In this document: piece after piece, positions 28,848 through 42,954 of the stretch
Layout: every line of letters begins with the position of its first letter
Numbering within the stretch: the first letter of the stretch is position 1
Assembly (NCBI GenBank): GCA_016748015.1
Contig: JAAOMT010000591.1
Span: 959,007 to 1,023,006 of the forward strand
DNA length: 64,000 nucleotides
Direction: 5' to 3'
Source of the DNA: Geosiphon pyriformis uo1
Taxonomy: Eukaryota > Fungi > Glomeromycota
Made by a program: the position numbers and the translations under genes
Notes under the pieces: model-generated
Told to the model about the DNA's origin: nothing
The model's input: only the letters and a program-made list of their open reading frames with translations
The model's database searches: none

Positions 28848-29198
28848 TGGAAACGCTTTGTTCAAGAACCAATCCAGATAGGATGAGGTAAAAGTTCCGG
28901 GTTTAAAGGAACAGGTATTTTAATCTTTTTGGCCCACGTTGACCCAATACAGTATCAACTTGTTGAAGAAATGGCATTTCGCTCGATTAGATCTCTACTA
29001 ATTTAACAGCTTCCTTTTTTTGGATTCATTTGTTGATTCTGACCAAGAGATTCACTGAATTCGGACAAAGTATTTCACTCGGGATACAAAAAAAATTATA
29101 ACCTTTATAAAAGCATAATTGTATTGTGGGATAACCAGGGATTTCAAAAATTCATAATATAAGCTTCTTGATTCGCGATGATTCTGGAACCATTGCTC

Positions 29199-30482
29199 TC
29201 AAAATTCTATGAATCCCTTGGATAATATCCCGGTTTCATCAGATTCCGAAATATCAGGATTATGATCTAAGATAATATTGGATTGTTGAAAATTTTTATG
29301 AACCATCATTAGGGCGAATATGACGGGCAAATGAATCAAGCTTGCGAAAAAGCAATCTCGTGCTGTCTTTTCATTGGGATCTCTCCAAAATTTAAAAGCA
29401 CCCCACAAAAGGACGCAATTCATCAGCGAAGAATCCCAGGCGAACCACCAGCTTGTCATTCCCACATATGGGGTTAGATAACACAATGGGAACAACAAAA
29501 GACTATACCTCAACGAAACCCGAGCATTTAATGACGGATTTGTAACTGCCATCATACGATATCCAGCTTTAGAATAATCGGCTCTCAAATTCCATGAAAG
29601 TGAATTGAAATGCGGAAACTGCCATGCATAGAGAATACCACCAAGAATCCAAGCCCCAACATCAAAACTGTTGGTACATGCAACCCAGCCCATCATTGGG
29701 GGTATTGCCCCCACAAGAGAGCCAGCCCATGTGTTGAGAATGGAAGCTCTCTTCATGGGAGTGTAGACGCATGTGTATAATAAAATATTGGTAGATCCCA
29801 TTAAAGCGGTCATGGGATTAGCCATTATCGACAATATTAATACCCCTAAAATACCCGCGACAGATCCAAAAGAAAACGCATGAAATGGTGTTATAGCTCT
29901 TCTTACTAACACTCGATTCCTAGTGCGTGACATTTGTGCATCGTATGGGGCTTCAATCCATTGATTAAAGGCGTTCGCAGATGCTATACACAATCCAGTA
30001 CCAACTGTTGTACTCATTAGGCAAGTGAGGCTGGTTGCTCCAGGTGCCAACGCATAACCGCACATAGTTGTCAATATGACTAGTGCGGCAAGTTTCGCTT
30101 TTGCAAGTTCTTTATAGCCTTTGACAATAGTTATATATGTGGCTCTAGGCAGAGGCTTAAATTTGATGATTGAAACAGAGTTTAATGACAAGTCTTGTTT
30201 TTGCTCGGTGTTTACTTTAGTCTGTTGGTATTCGTTGTCTTTAAATTCGTGGACATTAAGTGCGGCTATCTTTGATATTCTATAAGGTGCTCGTTTTATG
30301 CTGTTCTCGAGTGAAACCGTTGGATTTTCTAAACCATATTTTGAATACCTTTTCAACCAAACCCTCCGTAGGGTCCATGCCTGTTGACACCAAGGGATTC
30401 TTACTGATTTGTAATTTAAAAAAGAGCTACAAGGCACTTTGGAAAATATCAATTTTGTAAGTAATTGTCGAGCCATTTTCAT
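29199..30482 (-). CDS. COX10: Protoheme IX farnesyltransferase (heme O synthase), intronless
   Basis: SANAFNQWIEAPYDAQMSRTRNRVL, YTPMKR, NTWAGSLVGAIPPMMGW, WQFPHFNSL, DYSKAGYRM. Confidence 0.97.
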   Translation of the reverse strand: MKMARQLLTKLIFSKVPCSSFLNYKSVRIPWCQQAWTLRRVWLKRYSKYGLENPTVSLENSIKRAPYRISKIAALNVHEFKDNEYQQTKVNTEQKQDLSLNSVSIIKFKPLPRATYITIVKGYKELAKAKLAALVILTTMCGYALAPGATSLTCLMSTTVGTGLCIASANAFNQWIEAPYDAQMSRTRNRVLVRRAITPFHAFSFGSVAGILGVLILSIMANPMTALMGSTNILLYTCVYTPMKRASILNTWAGSLVGAIPPMMGWVACTNSFDVGAWILGGILYAWQFPHFNSLSWNLRADYSKAGYRMMAVTNPSLNARVSLRYSLLLFPLCYLTPYVGMTSWWFAWDSSLMNCVLLWGAFKFWRDPNEKTARDCFFASLIHLPVIFALMMVHKNFQQSNIILDHNPDISESDETGILSKGFIEF

Positions 30483-30647
30483 TTACTCCCGGAGGTGGGA
30501 AACAGCTAAATACAAAGCTGTGCGGATCAGCAGATCTCAGATTATCCTAAAACTGTGACCAATTAAAGCTTTCTATTCTTATATAATGAGTTTTTGGTGT
30601 ATCAATGGTAAACATCTTTGCAATTTGGCCCTTATTGAGAGTAGAAA

Positions 30648-33038
30648 ATGGCAGATGCTAACAATTCGAAACAAAGTTTCCCAAAAAGTCCCAGGTCACG
30701 ACATCAACGACGCTCGTCAATTGGGTTTAAACGCTCGGTCTTTGAAAGTGGCAAGAAGCGTAAGACAGTTAATCCCACTGCAGAGCAAGTTGAGCGCGCG
30801 CTGATAAATGATACTTTCCGCCCGAGTCCTCCAGCTCTTGAGGAGGCGAAAAGGACAGGTCGTACAACTGAAAGTCCACCTATCATTATCAAGAGCTCTT
30901 CGACAGTGCAGATACCAATTGAATCTAATGAAGACCAAAGATTAACAGGTTCTAGGTCAGCTGTTACAACTAGCACGAAAAAAACTCCATCTCAGCTGGT
31001 TAATACTTATTTAATTCAATTTTCGAAATTCCCTTCTCCAAATCTTTATTGTTAATCTTTGCCTTTAAATGGTTTGTAGCTTAGACAAATCTCGAATTCC
31101 AAAAATATCTCCAATACGCCTAAAACAACACAACCTTATGCCACGCCTTCTAATAAAGGCTTATTAATGAGTCATACCACGCCAAGGACAAACAGAACAC
31201 CAAATTCTACCCGGCGATTGAAAAGACAAACACCAAATACACTTTTGGCATCAATTTCACGAAAACAAACTAATAGGGTAATTGAACCAAACTTTTTCAC
31301 AAATACAAAGATAAAACAAACGCCTCAAGGATTTTTGAGGGAATTAAGTCGCGCACCTGGATTTCTTGGAGTTCATCAACTATCCTCAATTCTGGAATCA
31401 CCGCAAATTTTAGGGGATGAATATGATGTACAGAACAAAAAGAACGATAACGAATGTGAGAGTTTTATTGTTCCCGAGTCTAATAAGTTGGATAACGCGA
31501 AAACTCCTATAGAGCCAGGAAATCATTTTAATACCACCGTCGATAAGTTCCCCAGCTACTTGAGCTTCAATGAACTTGACAAAGAGAATGTAGAGCAATG
31601 GGCAGAAGTTTCTCCCAAATCTCAACTTATAGACTTTGAATCCCCAGAGGACCTTAAAAATCGGACTAAGAAAATAAATGGAATAGCGTAAGAGGTGATA
31701 TTATATTCGAATAAATTTGATTTACATCTAAGTTTTCTCATTTATGTTTCAGGGTTGAATGTTTTAGTCATGGACCTCTGGATAGTGACGAACATGCAGA
31801 TCGTCATATTTTTGAGGATCAACAAGATTCACCCAGTGTGGTTATAGGAATTTCAGGAGATAAAAATGATACTGAAATTAATGATTTTTGGATGAACAAA
31901 AGCCCCACAAGACGATCAAGCGAATTTGATCATGGATCTGTAATGGGCCCCTTGAATAAATTGTTTGCTCAAGTTATGCATGAATCAATGGGGGAGCCAA
32001 TTGATCATAATGCAAGTGAGACTGAAGATCTGGAAAATGACCATTTTAACCAATCAGATCTCGTTGATCGATCACTTCTTAATAAAAAATTTATTGAGGA
32101 TGATTTGGGCGGTTTAGCAAATCCCTCTGATGATGAACTGCAAGAAAATTCCTCAATAATTAGCTTAAGCAATGAATTTGAAAAGCAATTTTCCAAAGAA
32201 GATATAATCAGTGAATCAGAAAACGAGGCTCCAGTACATCAGATAGCAGACGAATTAGATACGACTCAAATATCTCTCAATGATTTCATAACGCATGAAG
32301 TTTCGGAGAGAACACAGGATAAAAAGAGGCAAGTATATTTTTTTATTACTGCTTATATGTGCTAATTAACATGCTTAACATATTGAATTGTTCATTAATT
32401 AGAACTGTAGCTTTACGAAGAAAAAGGAGGAAACGCTCTGAAAGGTTGGTTGTTGGCATGAGCCAAAGACAAAAGTGCCAACGCGTACTCTGCTTTATTA
32501 GAATTGCCAATTGGTTTCATTAGAGTTCTGGACAATTAATTTCACTGTGGTAAGATTGACCGTCCCCGAGATTTCGGTACCTCGCCTACCCAAATCACTG
32601 GTTAAAAAGGTGTTCAAAACCTTTTGCAAAACGAGAACAACAAATGAAGCAATGGAAGCAATATTTGAAGGGTATGTATTCACTTTTCTTAAATTCGACA
32701 GAAATTCGCTAAATGCGAACAATCTTCTAGTTCACACAGGTTCTTTGAGCAAGCATCCGAAGATTTGGCTTATCTATCCGACATCCATTGCAATGAAACT
32801 ATTACAGAAAACGAGCTAACTTCACTAATGCGAAGGTACTTTTTGAATCATTTGCTCCCGAATTACAAATATTTTGTGCACACCAAGGATGCTGAGATTT
32901 ATCTAATTATTAAGTCATAGAGTTTTATCCGAAAGAGTCACGCTTAAGTCGTTGGCAGAAAAAATGCTTCCTCGTACATTGTCGGATAAGTTTGCCCAAG
33001 ACAGGAATTCCGAGCAATATATTGCATCGGATATCTAA
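30648..33038 (+). CDS. CENP-T-like kinetochore protein (disordered N-terminus, C-terminal histone fold; multi-exon)
   Basis: TP/SP-rich N-terminus including TPQGFLREL; spliced C-terminus LPKSLVKKVF...EAMEAIFEGSHRFFEQASEDLA...LMR...LKSLAEKMLPR resembles CENP-T_C. Confidence 0.7.
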
Positions 33039-33271
33039 CATGGTCAGCAAGAAGGACGAAAAAGCAATTATTTCCGCGGAAGCTTACAAATATATATGTC
33101 AGACGACGAAGGCTCCAGTCTAATTTATCTCAAACGCAGAAAGGAAGATTATTAGACTGACCACATTTTGTTTGATGAATAATCATGGCTTTACATGGAA
33201 GAAGTGAATGCAAGGGAAATGTAGATTCTGCGTGAAAAATCACTTAAGGCATTACGCTTCTTGATTTGTCC

Positions 33272-34687
33272 TCAGAGAAAGTTTAGTTGTGAATGTGGCC
33301 AATATACGTGAGCAATTATCCATTGAGTTTGATCCATTTCTCTCCCACTATACCGCAATTGAAGGATTAAACAGCGATTTTCTAAAAACCCTATTGACAG
33401 GTTTATTGAAGATAGAAGCAGTTGCTCACATAAAATAAAAATTTTTGGGATAATAAAAAAACATTTACCTGCTATGATCTCGATATAATTTCCCATCCTC
33501 GGATTACATAAGAATTTGGAAAATTGCTTTGCTCCGAGGGTAACCTTTCTAAATTCGTGATCGGCACTTTGTACATTGTGATTAATAGTCAATGGAAGAG
33601 AAGAAAATCTGAGTTTATGATAATGAAGAGCTGTGGTTACTACAGCGGATCCTATTCCGACTATATTCAGCTCTCCTTTACGATTCGCTTCTAAGTTAAT
33701 GTGTTTGTACAAGTTGGCTATGGACAAAATTTGTTGAGAAAATACTTGGTGATCCGGTAATTTGACCACCGTCTTTTTAATATGTGCAATATGAAAAATT
33801 GTCAGCAGGATACATTCAATATTCAGATACATGTCAAAAAAGGTCAATTACATGAGGATGCCCAGCATCATATTTTATATGACCTCTGGCCTCTCGATCC
33901 GTCAAAACTGTAACTTTTTCTAGTTGTGTCAATGTGACTCGACTCTGATTTGCACCACTCTTCGCAGTTGAATAAACGAGGGAGGATATATATTTATAAA
34001 TGACAGAAAAAATTCATTGCCGTCTGATAGAATTGGCTTTCAAGACAATAGAAAATTAATACCTCCTCGGGAGTTTGAGCAATAAAAAATGCGCATTGAT
34101 CTCTCCATCCAAGTCGTATTGTAACCGGAACTTTCCTTCTCAAATTATGCTGGGCATGATGAGCCCTCTCGATTTCGTCTAGCAGCTCTTTTAGCCTTTT
34201 GACTCCAATCATGATATAAATATTACCGCTATAATCACTCTCTATGGTCGGATATCCATTCTGGTGCCATAAATGATACATATCGAAATCTCTGTTTCAT
34301 TTTTGGAATATTCGTGGAGAAATTTTGATTTCTGTTACAAAATGAAGAGATTTAAAATTTTACGCTAGGTTTCGATCTTATGAGAACAGAATACCCTTGC
34401 ACTTTGATCCCATCTTTACTTTCATAAGCTAGGTACATATTAGAGCCGACAAAATGCAAAAATAATTCGTTTTCTTTTTTGTCTATGTCTTCCTCCTCTA
34501 ACTTTGCACAAATGTCGGCACAGACTAGCAATCAAAAACATATAAGGTGGATAACTGGATAACTTTAAGCGGAAAAAAACTATCTTAACTGAAATCACCC
34601 ACTTTGAAACCTTCCGGGATCGCCAAGATAAAATTCCAATGTAGGGTTTCCGACAGAAGCTCTAGCTATGTTATTAACTGCAAACAT
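33272..34687 (-). CDS. Divergent Hus1/Mec3-like 9-1-1 clamp subunit (multi-exon)
   Basis: Co-linear Hus1-like segments: IESDYSGNIYI, VKLPD, INLEANRKGELNI, FRKVTLGAKQFSKFL, terminal VYWP. Confidence 0.55.
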
Positions 34688-34892
34688 GATACTTTAGAGT
34701 TCAATCCCTAAAATAATATTGTAATGTGGCAAACAAGCAGTAATGGTAAGAGCCTGCGGTAGATGCCTAACATTCAAAACCTACTAAAATGGTGAGCTAT
34801 CACATTAATTGAATTTTGATCCGCTTAACATGTGAAAGATTACAGCTATTTGCAGATCGTTTGCAATTTATACATTTTGTAAGTTTCAATGT

Positions 34893-35619
34893 TTAAAAAA
34901 CCCATCTCTTTATGTTGTTTCGTTCAATTGGTTGAGAGATTTTGCGTAGAACAGGTACATCACGCTTCGAACTTGTATTCTCATCGGGAATTTGCTTTTC
35001 GTTTTCATTAGCTTTATTCAAATATGGCAAGACCATAGTCGGGACAGCTTTGGTAATGTTCAACAACTCGCGACAGATTTCATCACCGTGGCGCTGCGAA
35101 AGGTCTAATGTTACTGTATCATCAGGATTTTCTAATTTAAGTAAAATTTATGTTCAGCCCATTGGAAAAAAAAACTAAAGCCAAAAGAATGGTCTAAATT
35201 GACTCACCGAATTCAATAATTAACTCAGGTTTTATACCTTTTTTCGGAATCTTGTCGACTTTTATTGGTAATTCCGGGTTATTATAGGCGATTCTTGGAA
35301 GATTCTCCCGCAAAAAATATCTAATGGATAGTATCATGTGTTCCTCAACAGTTATAGAAGGTGTTCCCTCAAATATTAACACTTAGCTTAAAGCCTTTAT
35401 TATAATGATTATGTTTTATTTGATACCAAAAGAACAAATTGAGTCTTCGAATACTGTTTTCTTACGTTACCTAGCCCCCGCGTTGTCTTGCTTCGTAGAA
35501 AACAAAAGAGAAATTTTGCTCACTTTAGGACCTAGTTTAGCAGCCCCCAAACCAGTCCTTAAGTTTAAAAGTAAGATTGTAAGTTTGGAAATCGCTCCAA
35601 CGCGTCTAAAAGGCCGCAT
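34893..35619 (-). CDS. MRP49: Mitochondrial ribosomal protein mL61/Mrp49-like (L51/S25/CI-B8 fold; 3 exons)
   Basis: TGLGAAKLGPKVSKISLLF...GARYFLRENLPRIAYNNP after splicing. Confidence 0.8.
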
Positions 35620-35785
35620 GTCTGGAGAGATAATATGGATAGTGACAACCTTGAAAGATAATTCAACTTTTGAAAATTCTCCAGATCAAATGTCACACAA
35701 GATGGGTGACATTTAATGCAAAATGCATTTGCCATTTCAAGAACATTTCTCGGGCAATCTTTTTGTGAGCTTCACCTTTCCAGCT

Positions 35786-38700
35786 ATGAATTTCTTTAAA
35801 CGAACATTGGATATAAAGTTCAAATTTTGTTTATCGTTGGGACTTTTCTTTTTCTTCTATGAAAAAGTATTTTGTCAGGTTAAGTCACCCCCAGTTAAAA
35901 CTTGGTTGAAAGCGTCTTGGGACGCTCCTTCTTTGTTACTCGAAATAATGTGAGTTTAACTGTAGGAAAACTAGACATGTAAATCGCGTGTGCTTCTAAT
36001 AAATTTCAATTATATTTCATTAAAACTCAATGATTCTCCTCTTGCTCTCAATAATATTGTGTACCGATAGAGAGTCTGTTGCCGTTGAAAACTCTTCAGC
36101 ATATTTCCCTTATATTACTGAGCTTGCAACTCGCGGCTTAAACTCTGATTCATCCCCAAAAGAATTATATGACACTGCCCTTCAAATTCTTAATGAGACA
36201 AATTTAATCTCATTACCAACTACTTTTTCATTTCTTGAATTTGCACTTTCATTACATTCTGCCGCGCCAACAATCCAAGCATATTATCAGTATTATGATG
36301 ATTCCGTTTTTCCTTCAAAATTCAGAAACCTGACCCATGATGATCCACATTCTAAAATTAGTTTCAATATTGACTGTGAAGTGTGGGTAGATTGGTATGG
36401 AATCCAAGCTTGCAATATTGATCAATTAAAAAAGATTGCTCGTATAACCCAGGAGGACTCAAAATATAGATTAATTTTTGACAGGTATTCGCCCGGATCA
36501 TCTTTCATCATGAAAAGACTATTCACTTTGACAAAAACTAACTATAATCTGGATTAAACTACTCATTAGCAGTAGTAATCAACCACCCAAACTTTTATCC
36601 TTCGATCACATACTTCAAAAAAGTTATAAATCCGAATCCTTTAAAGAATCCCCAACTTTAATTCTTTATGTTACAGATATTCTATTGCCGGAATTTTTAG
36701 TATTTCATTCCTTTCTACTTGAACTTGTTGAACAAACAGGGGTAGGCTATATTTTGAGATATAAACCTCCCAAACGAGGCGGACAGATCCTTTATCTTTC
36801 AGGGTATGGAGTTGAATTGGCCTTGAAAAAAACAGATTACATTGTAATTGATGATCGTAAAATGGAAATCGGTAAGTGGAGTTAGTGGATCTTTCTTAGT
36901 GTCAAATGATTTTACTTTATCTTCTTAGTCCAACATATAAATATAGAATATCAAAGCGAAGGGGGCGAAACTAACCAAAACCGCCAATCGAAAGATGATC
37001 TAATTAGCGAAAATTTGTTTCAAGAAGAAATTTCGGAAATTAAACCGCTGAAAGTAACTGAAATCAAAGGTATATTTTTCCCCTTGCATTATTGAACTCT
37101 TACTTGATCTTATCTTTACCATCTTTTTCATAATTGATTTTCAGATCTTGGATTGAAGGCAGCTCAATTTATCTTACAATCTCAAAATTCTCTCGCCACC
37201 TTGGTTTATCTCTCCCAAGATTTCCCCAAATATTCACATGTCATTTCACAACTTACCTTGAACGAATCACTTCGTCATGAGATTCGCTTGAACCAAGAAA
37301 TTTATATCCCTCCTGCCACAAATTCCTTCTGGCTCAATGGCATGGCTGTCGCAATCGCATCTGTAGACCCTTTCAGGTATCAATCTGGGCCCTTTACGAT
37401 GCAATAATATTAGATATCAAATTTCCTTTCCTTACATCCTTGCTTGGATCCTTTCACATTCAACACAAAATTTCACAGTCTTTTAAGGATGCTGCGTCGT
37501 GAACGTCAAACTGTTTTGTCCCTCAAAAGTCTCGGAATGAATTCTCGCCAAGCTATTGATTTGATCACTTGCCCTATACTTTTAACTGCCAAGTCTTCGG
37601 AAAGTTTTACAAAAGGAATGTTTGATGTACGTGAAAAGACTGGAAACATTGGTGCAATTCTTTGGTGGAATAATCTTGAAAAAGACTTGCGCTATGCTGA
37701 TTGGCCATATAGGGTACGCGAGGTAAGTAGACTCGACACAGAAATATTGAACATTTCTCAAAACCTTATTGCCATTAATTTTTGCCTGAATATTAGATTC
37801 TTCGCCCTGTTTTTCCAGGGCAAATGCGATATTTGCGTAAAAACCTATTTTCTGTTTTATATATTGTAGATTTATCTACGATCGAGGGTCTTCGAATGGT
37901 GGAAGAATCTGATATGTTTATAACTAAAGAGCTCCCAATTAGATTTGGTCTTGTACCACTTTTTAGGGAAAAGCAGGATGATTGTAAGTAGACTTCATAT
38001 TTATTAAACTTTGACAATTTCTAAAATCATTAAAAACATGAACATAACGTTTAATTTCCTTATTATCAGCCGTCATGATGGCGAAACTTCTTTACTATCT
38101 CACCACTAAATATGAACCCTCACTGGCCCTTCAATTTTTGAGCAAGGTTTAATCTGGATAACAAATTTTTCGAAACCGCATTACATTTTTCTAACAAATT
38201 TGATTATAGGTTCTCAAAGAGTTATTGGACTCTACCTCTGAAATCAGTGAAGTTGCTCGTGAACAGTTTGAGGCGATTACCAAAGGACAGAAACCTAACG
38301 ATGATGAAATCAGGATATCTTTTCAAGAAATCATTGATGTAAATTCTCCGATAAATGATAAAATAGGTGCTGCTGCAAATTTTATCAAGCGCTTTAATAT
38401 ATTACCCGACAGTAATGGAGCCATGTTTGTGAATGGCAAATATTTTGATATCGACGAGGTAATTTAAAAATAGATTGGAGTCAATTTCAATCCGGTCTTG
38501 AGTCTGAACAATTTTTTGCATCACTTTCTATTTGAATCAGCTTTATCAAAGAAACATGCTAGTCACCATCAACGAACAAACACAATTTTTACAGCAAAAG
38601 GTATGGATTAATATTCCGCGAACGTTGTTTAGATTGAAAATTTTCGTAACATTTGCTTATAAATGAAGTTATTGATTTTTGTAGGTTTACCTAGGTCAGA

Positions 38701-41700
38701 TCAAGGATGACACCGATATATATCAATATATAATGAGTTTGCCGTATCTTCCTTCACGCAGAAACCCTTATGTATTCTTATCCGAGGCAAAACCTTTAAA
38801 GATGTTAAATCTTGTGGGAGATATCGACGGCAACATAAAAATTGATTTATTAGGCTATTTAACATCTGGTTAAAAAAAATTATTTTTATTTTGCTTTATT
38901 ACTTCAAATTGCGAAATACTCACAATTTCAATCAATCAATTAGAAAAGCAAGGTGAAAATGGAGCTCCCGTAACTATCTGGGTTATTGCTGATTTTGATG
39001 ATGATACTGGAATACAGCAAGGATTGGAAGCCCTCAAGTATTTGGTGGGAAAAGAGTAACTTATATAAGTCTTTAAACAAGTTTGCTTTGAATTATAAGT
39101 TCTGATTTCTTCCATAGGAAAAATCAAACAACTCAAGATTGGCCCTCATCCACAATTCATCCCCTTCAAACGTTCAAACCAAACCGAGTCTTTCCTTCCA
39201 TATATATCGTTTCATATATGAAAACGATACCCCATCCTCATCATTAACAGCTGCTTCGCTGAAAGAACGATTTCAAACAACATTGGAAAGTCGGCCCGGA
39301 AAAAATATCAGTAACGACTCTGATGTCGATCCCCTCGAGCTTTTAGGCTTTGAAGCAATTGATAAACAAAAAGCTGATAATTTTTGGCGAAGCTTGAAGC
39401 CCCTTATAAAAAACTCACTTCAACTTCAAGACGGTGCTACCGCAATCTTGGTCAACGGACGCGTATGTATTAGTCTTTGAAAAAAATCTTCATTCTATTT
39501 CTTTACTTCCTATCTAAAGGCTCCAATGGTCTTAGATTGTTGGACCCTTTTCTAGAGGAGAGTTTTTTACTTATGAAGATTTAATGCTCTTGGTTGATGT
39601 GGAGTTTTCCGAGCGTATAAACCCTTTTCTTGAAGCTGTTCATGCGCTCAATATAACTGACGGCCAAAAAGGGTATGTATTTTTTAATAGAAATAGTTCA
39701 AGGAATAATTTGTCTCATGATTATTGGCCTATCTTTTTGTAGCACAAAATATTCGGATTTTGTTGCAAAAGCTTCCTCAATTATTTCAGCATCAACAGTT
39801 TCCGACTCTCCCCCCGGATTAATGGATACTGAGGAAGTTAAACGGGATCGTCCCTATCTAGAAATGCAAGGAGAATACAGGTCTGTCTTCATCATTCCCT
39901 CTTAAATTGATTAGAAAAGAAAAACTAGTCGAAATTCCATCTTTAATCTTCTCTATGAATTATCATCACGCTCAATATGAAGTCGAATTGAAATTGGGGA
40001 TATTGATTCAGCTTTATACCAAATTGGAGCTATAATTGACCCGGTGAGCGAGGTAGCCCAAAAGTGGTCAACAATTTTACAGGTACTATAATGAATAATA
40101 TTTCATTAGTTTCGTTGCATTTCAAAATTAATTACGAATCAAATATCTCAATATGATGTTCATATTGGTAGACCTTATCCAAAATTGAAGGGGTGCACAT
40201 TTATGTATCAATGAACCCACCGAGCTCGCTCTCAGAGCTTCCATTGACTCGTTTTTATCGCTACGTCTTAGATACTAAACTAAATTTTGATTTAAATACA
40301 GGGTAAGGAACGCGTAATAAATTTAACTTGACTAATTAGATCTAATCGTTAAAATATAAGATACCATTTTTTACTACATTCTCTTGCAATCTTCAAGGCT
40401 TCAGGTTCCACCCTCTGCCTCTTTTGCTGGCCTACCGGAAGAACCTCTGTTTACGCTTAGCATGGATACTATCCAAGTTTGGTTGGTGACTCCCACCTCT
40501 TCGATTCATGACCTTGACAATATTAAGCTTGCAAATCTGGATTCAAACTATAGACGCAAGGGAGTCGAAGCCGTCTTTGAGCTCCGTCATTTATTAATTG
40601 AAGGGCATGTGCGTGACATGACTTTAAATAAACCCCCTGGTGGATTACAACTCGTACTTGGTACTGAGAGCCACCCGACACTTGTGGACACTATCGTCAT
40701 GGCAAACTTGGGATATTTCCAATTGAAAGCTAACCCGGGTTATTGGAATCTAGGATTAAGAGAAGGAAGATCAACAGAGATCTTTAGTATTGAAAGTGTT
40801 GGAAGCGAAGGATGGTATAGTCGATCAGTCGAAGAGATTGGTACTGGAATAATAGTGAACAGCTTCGAAGGAGTGTTGATATTCCCGCGGATGAAGAGAA
40901 ATCCTGGTAAAGAAAAACAAGAAATTCTTGCAAGTGATAGTGATCGGACTCAAGAAGGAATTTGGGGATATTTTAAATCCAAGTGAGTCACTCAATTTAC
41001 TTCTATTTGTTTTTTGTATGGAATTATGTATTAGACTTGGCTTAATAATGTACGTGATCCTCAGATTTTCCCATCCAAAGGAACCTAAAAAAACAGGAAA
41101 GGCAGAAATTAATATATTTTCAGTGGCTTCTGGTCATCTCTATGAACGATTTTTGTCCATCATGATTGTCAGTGTTTTGCGACACACGAAATCCCTTGTG
41201 AAATTCTGGTTCATCGAAAATTTTTTGTCGCCTTCTTTCAAAGTGAAATTCTCTCATTCTGTTCTGCAAATGTTTTAAATTTTGTTTTTCCAGTGTTATT
41301 AAACCAATTTTTGTTTTCCACAATATCCCCTCAATAAATAGGACTTTATTCCCCATATGGCGAGAAAATACAATTTCCAATACGAATTGGTCACGTACAA
41401 ATGGCCACACTGGCTTCGTGCCCAAAAGGAAAAACAGAGGATTATTTGGGGGTATGCATTACAATGTTTTTTGAGCTCAATAATAGATGTGATGTGATTA
41501 TAAATTCTAAAAATTAATATCTCTTTTAATCTTCGTTTACGACAACAGATACAAAATTTTATTTCTTGATGTACTTTTTCCATTGGATCTAGATAAGGTG
41601 ATTTTTGTGGATGCAGATCAAATTGTGCGTGCGGATTTGAAAGAGTTAATTGACATAGATCTAAAAGGTGCTCCTTATGGCTATACTCCTTTTTGCGACA

Positions 41701-42649
41701 ATAGACCTGAAATTGATGGTTTTAGATTTTGGAAAGAGGGTTATTGGAAGGAACACTTGCAAGGAAAACCATATCACATCAGGTACACCCTAAATCATGT
41801 TATTGTAAATTGCCTATTTTCTCAATTCGAGACTTGGGAAAGCTTTTTATAGTGTCTATACCCCACTTTTCCTTTTTTCAGCGCATTATATGTCATAGAT
41901 TTGCAACGATTTCGGCATTTAGCCGCAGGTGATCGGCTACGTGGACAGTATCAATCTCTCAGTGCTGATCCTAATTCGCTGTCAAATCTTGATCAGGATT
42001 TACCAAATAATATGCAACATGTGGTACCAATACATTCTCTCCCTGAAGAATGGTTATGGTGCGAGACTTGGTGCAGTGATGAATCATTGGCTAGGGCAAA
42101 GACTATTGATTTGGTAATAAATATGATATAATATAGGTAATCTGGGTGTAAAAAAAAGGACTCACTCAACTTTTTCTCTCTATACAGTGTAATAATCCCA
42201 TGACAAAAGAACCCAAACTTGATCGTGCCAGACGGCAAGTTCCTGAGTGGGAGTCTTATGATAATGAGGTAGCGGATTTTGCCGCGAGTATAGCGACGAA
42301 ACTAAAAGACCCCGTTTCGTTCGAAGAGATCAAATACGAAGAAACATCTATTATGGAAGAAACCAAAGCATCTCTTAAATCAATTACAAAACCCTCGGGA
42401 CCCGAGATCCAATCCAGTGAAATTAAAAGAAAAATCGTTTCTATTGAAACCAGTGACACGACTGATACTGCTAAAGATGCTATATCTGAAATACCCTCAT
42501 ATATAGTCGATAATATTTTAAAGGGAAAAAAAGAAATTTCGAGCCAATCGTCCACCATACTAGAATTTTCAAAAACCTCATCTACTTTCAAAACGAAAAT
42601 CTCAAGTCCAACTTCTCAGGAATCACATTTAACAAAAGATGAATTATAG
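35786..42649 (+). CDS. UGGT: UDP-glucose:glycoprotein glucosyltransferase (multi-exon)
   Basis: Signal peptide, [79 protein letters not shown]-terminal KDEL. Confidence 0.97.
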
Positions 42650-42954
42650 GATTATAGAAGAGTCATAGTTGAAATATTTGAGCTTTCTTTTGATAAATTG
42701 TTTCTGGTATAAAAGTTAAAAATTTAACCACTGTTCGAATTAATAAACATTATTCCAGTTAATACTAAATATATTGCCTAATTCTAATTTATAATTATTA
42801 TAGTATTTTAGAACTTATGTAAACTGAATGTTCGATTTTAAATTTATTTTGTTAAAAATTTTGTCAATTCGAATTCCTTACAACCAATAATATTATTTGA
42901 TATGTGACGCGTTTTTTTATTATATAAAATTCTGCTTCCAGTTCTCACCACTAT

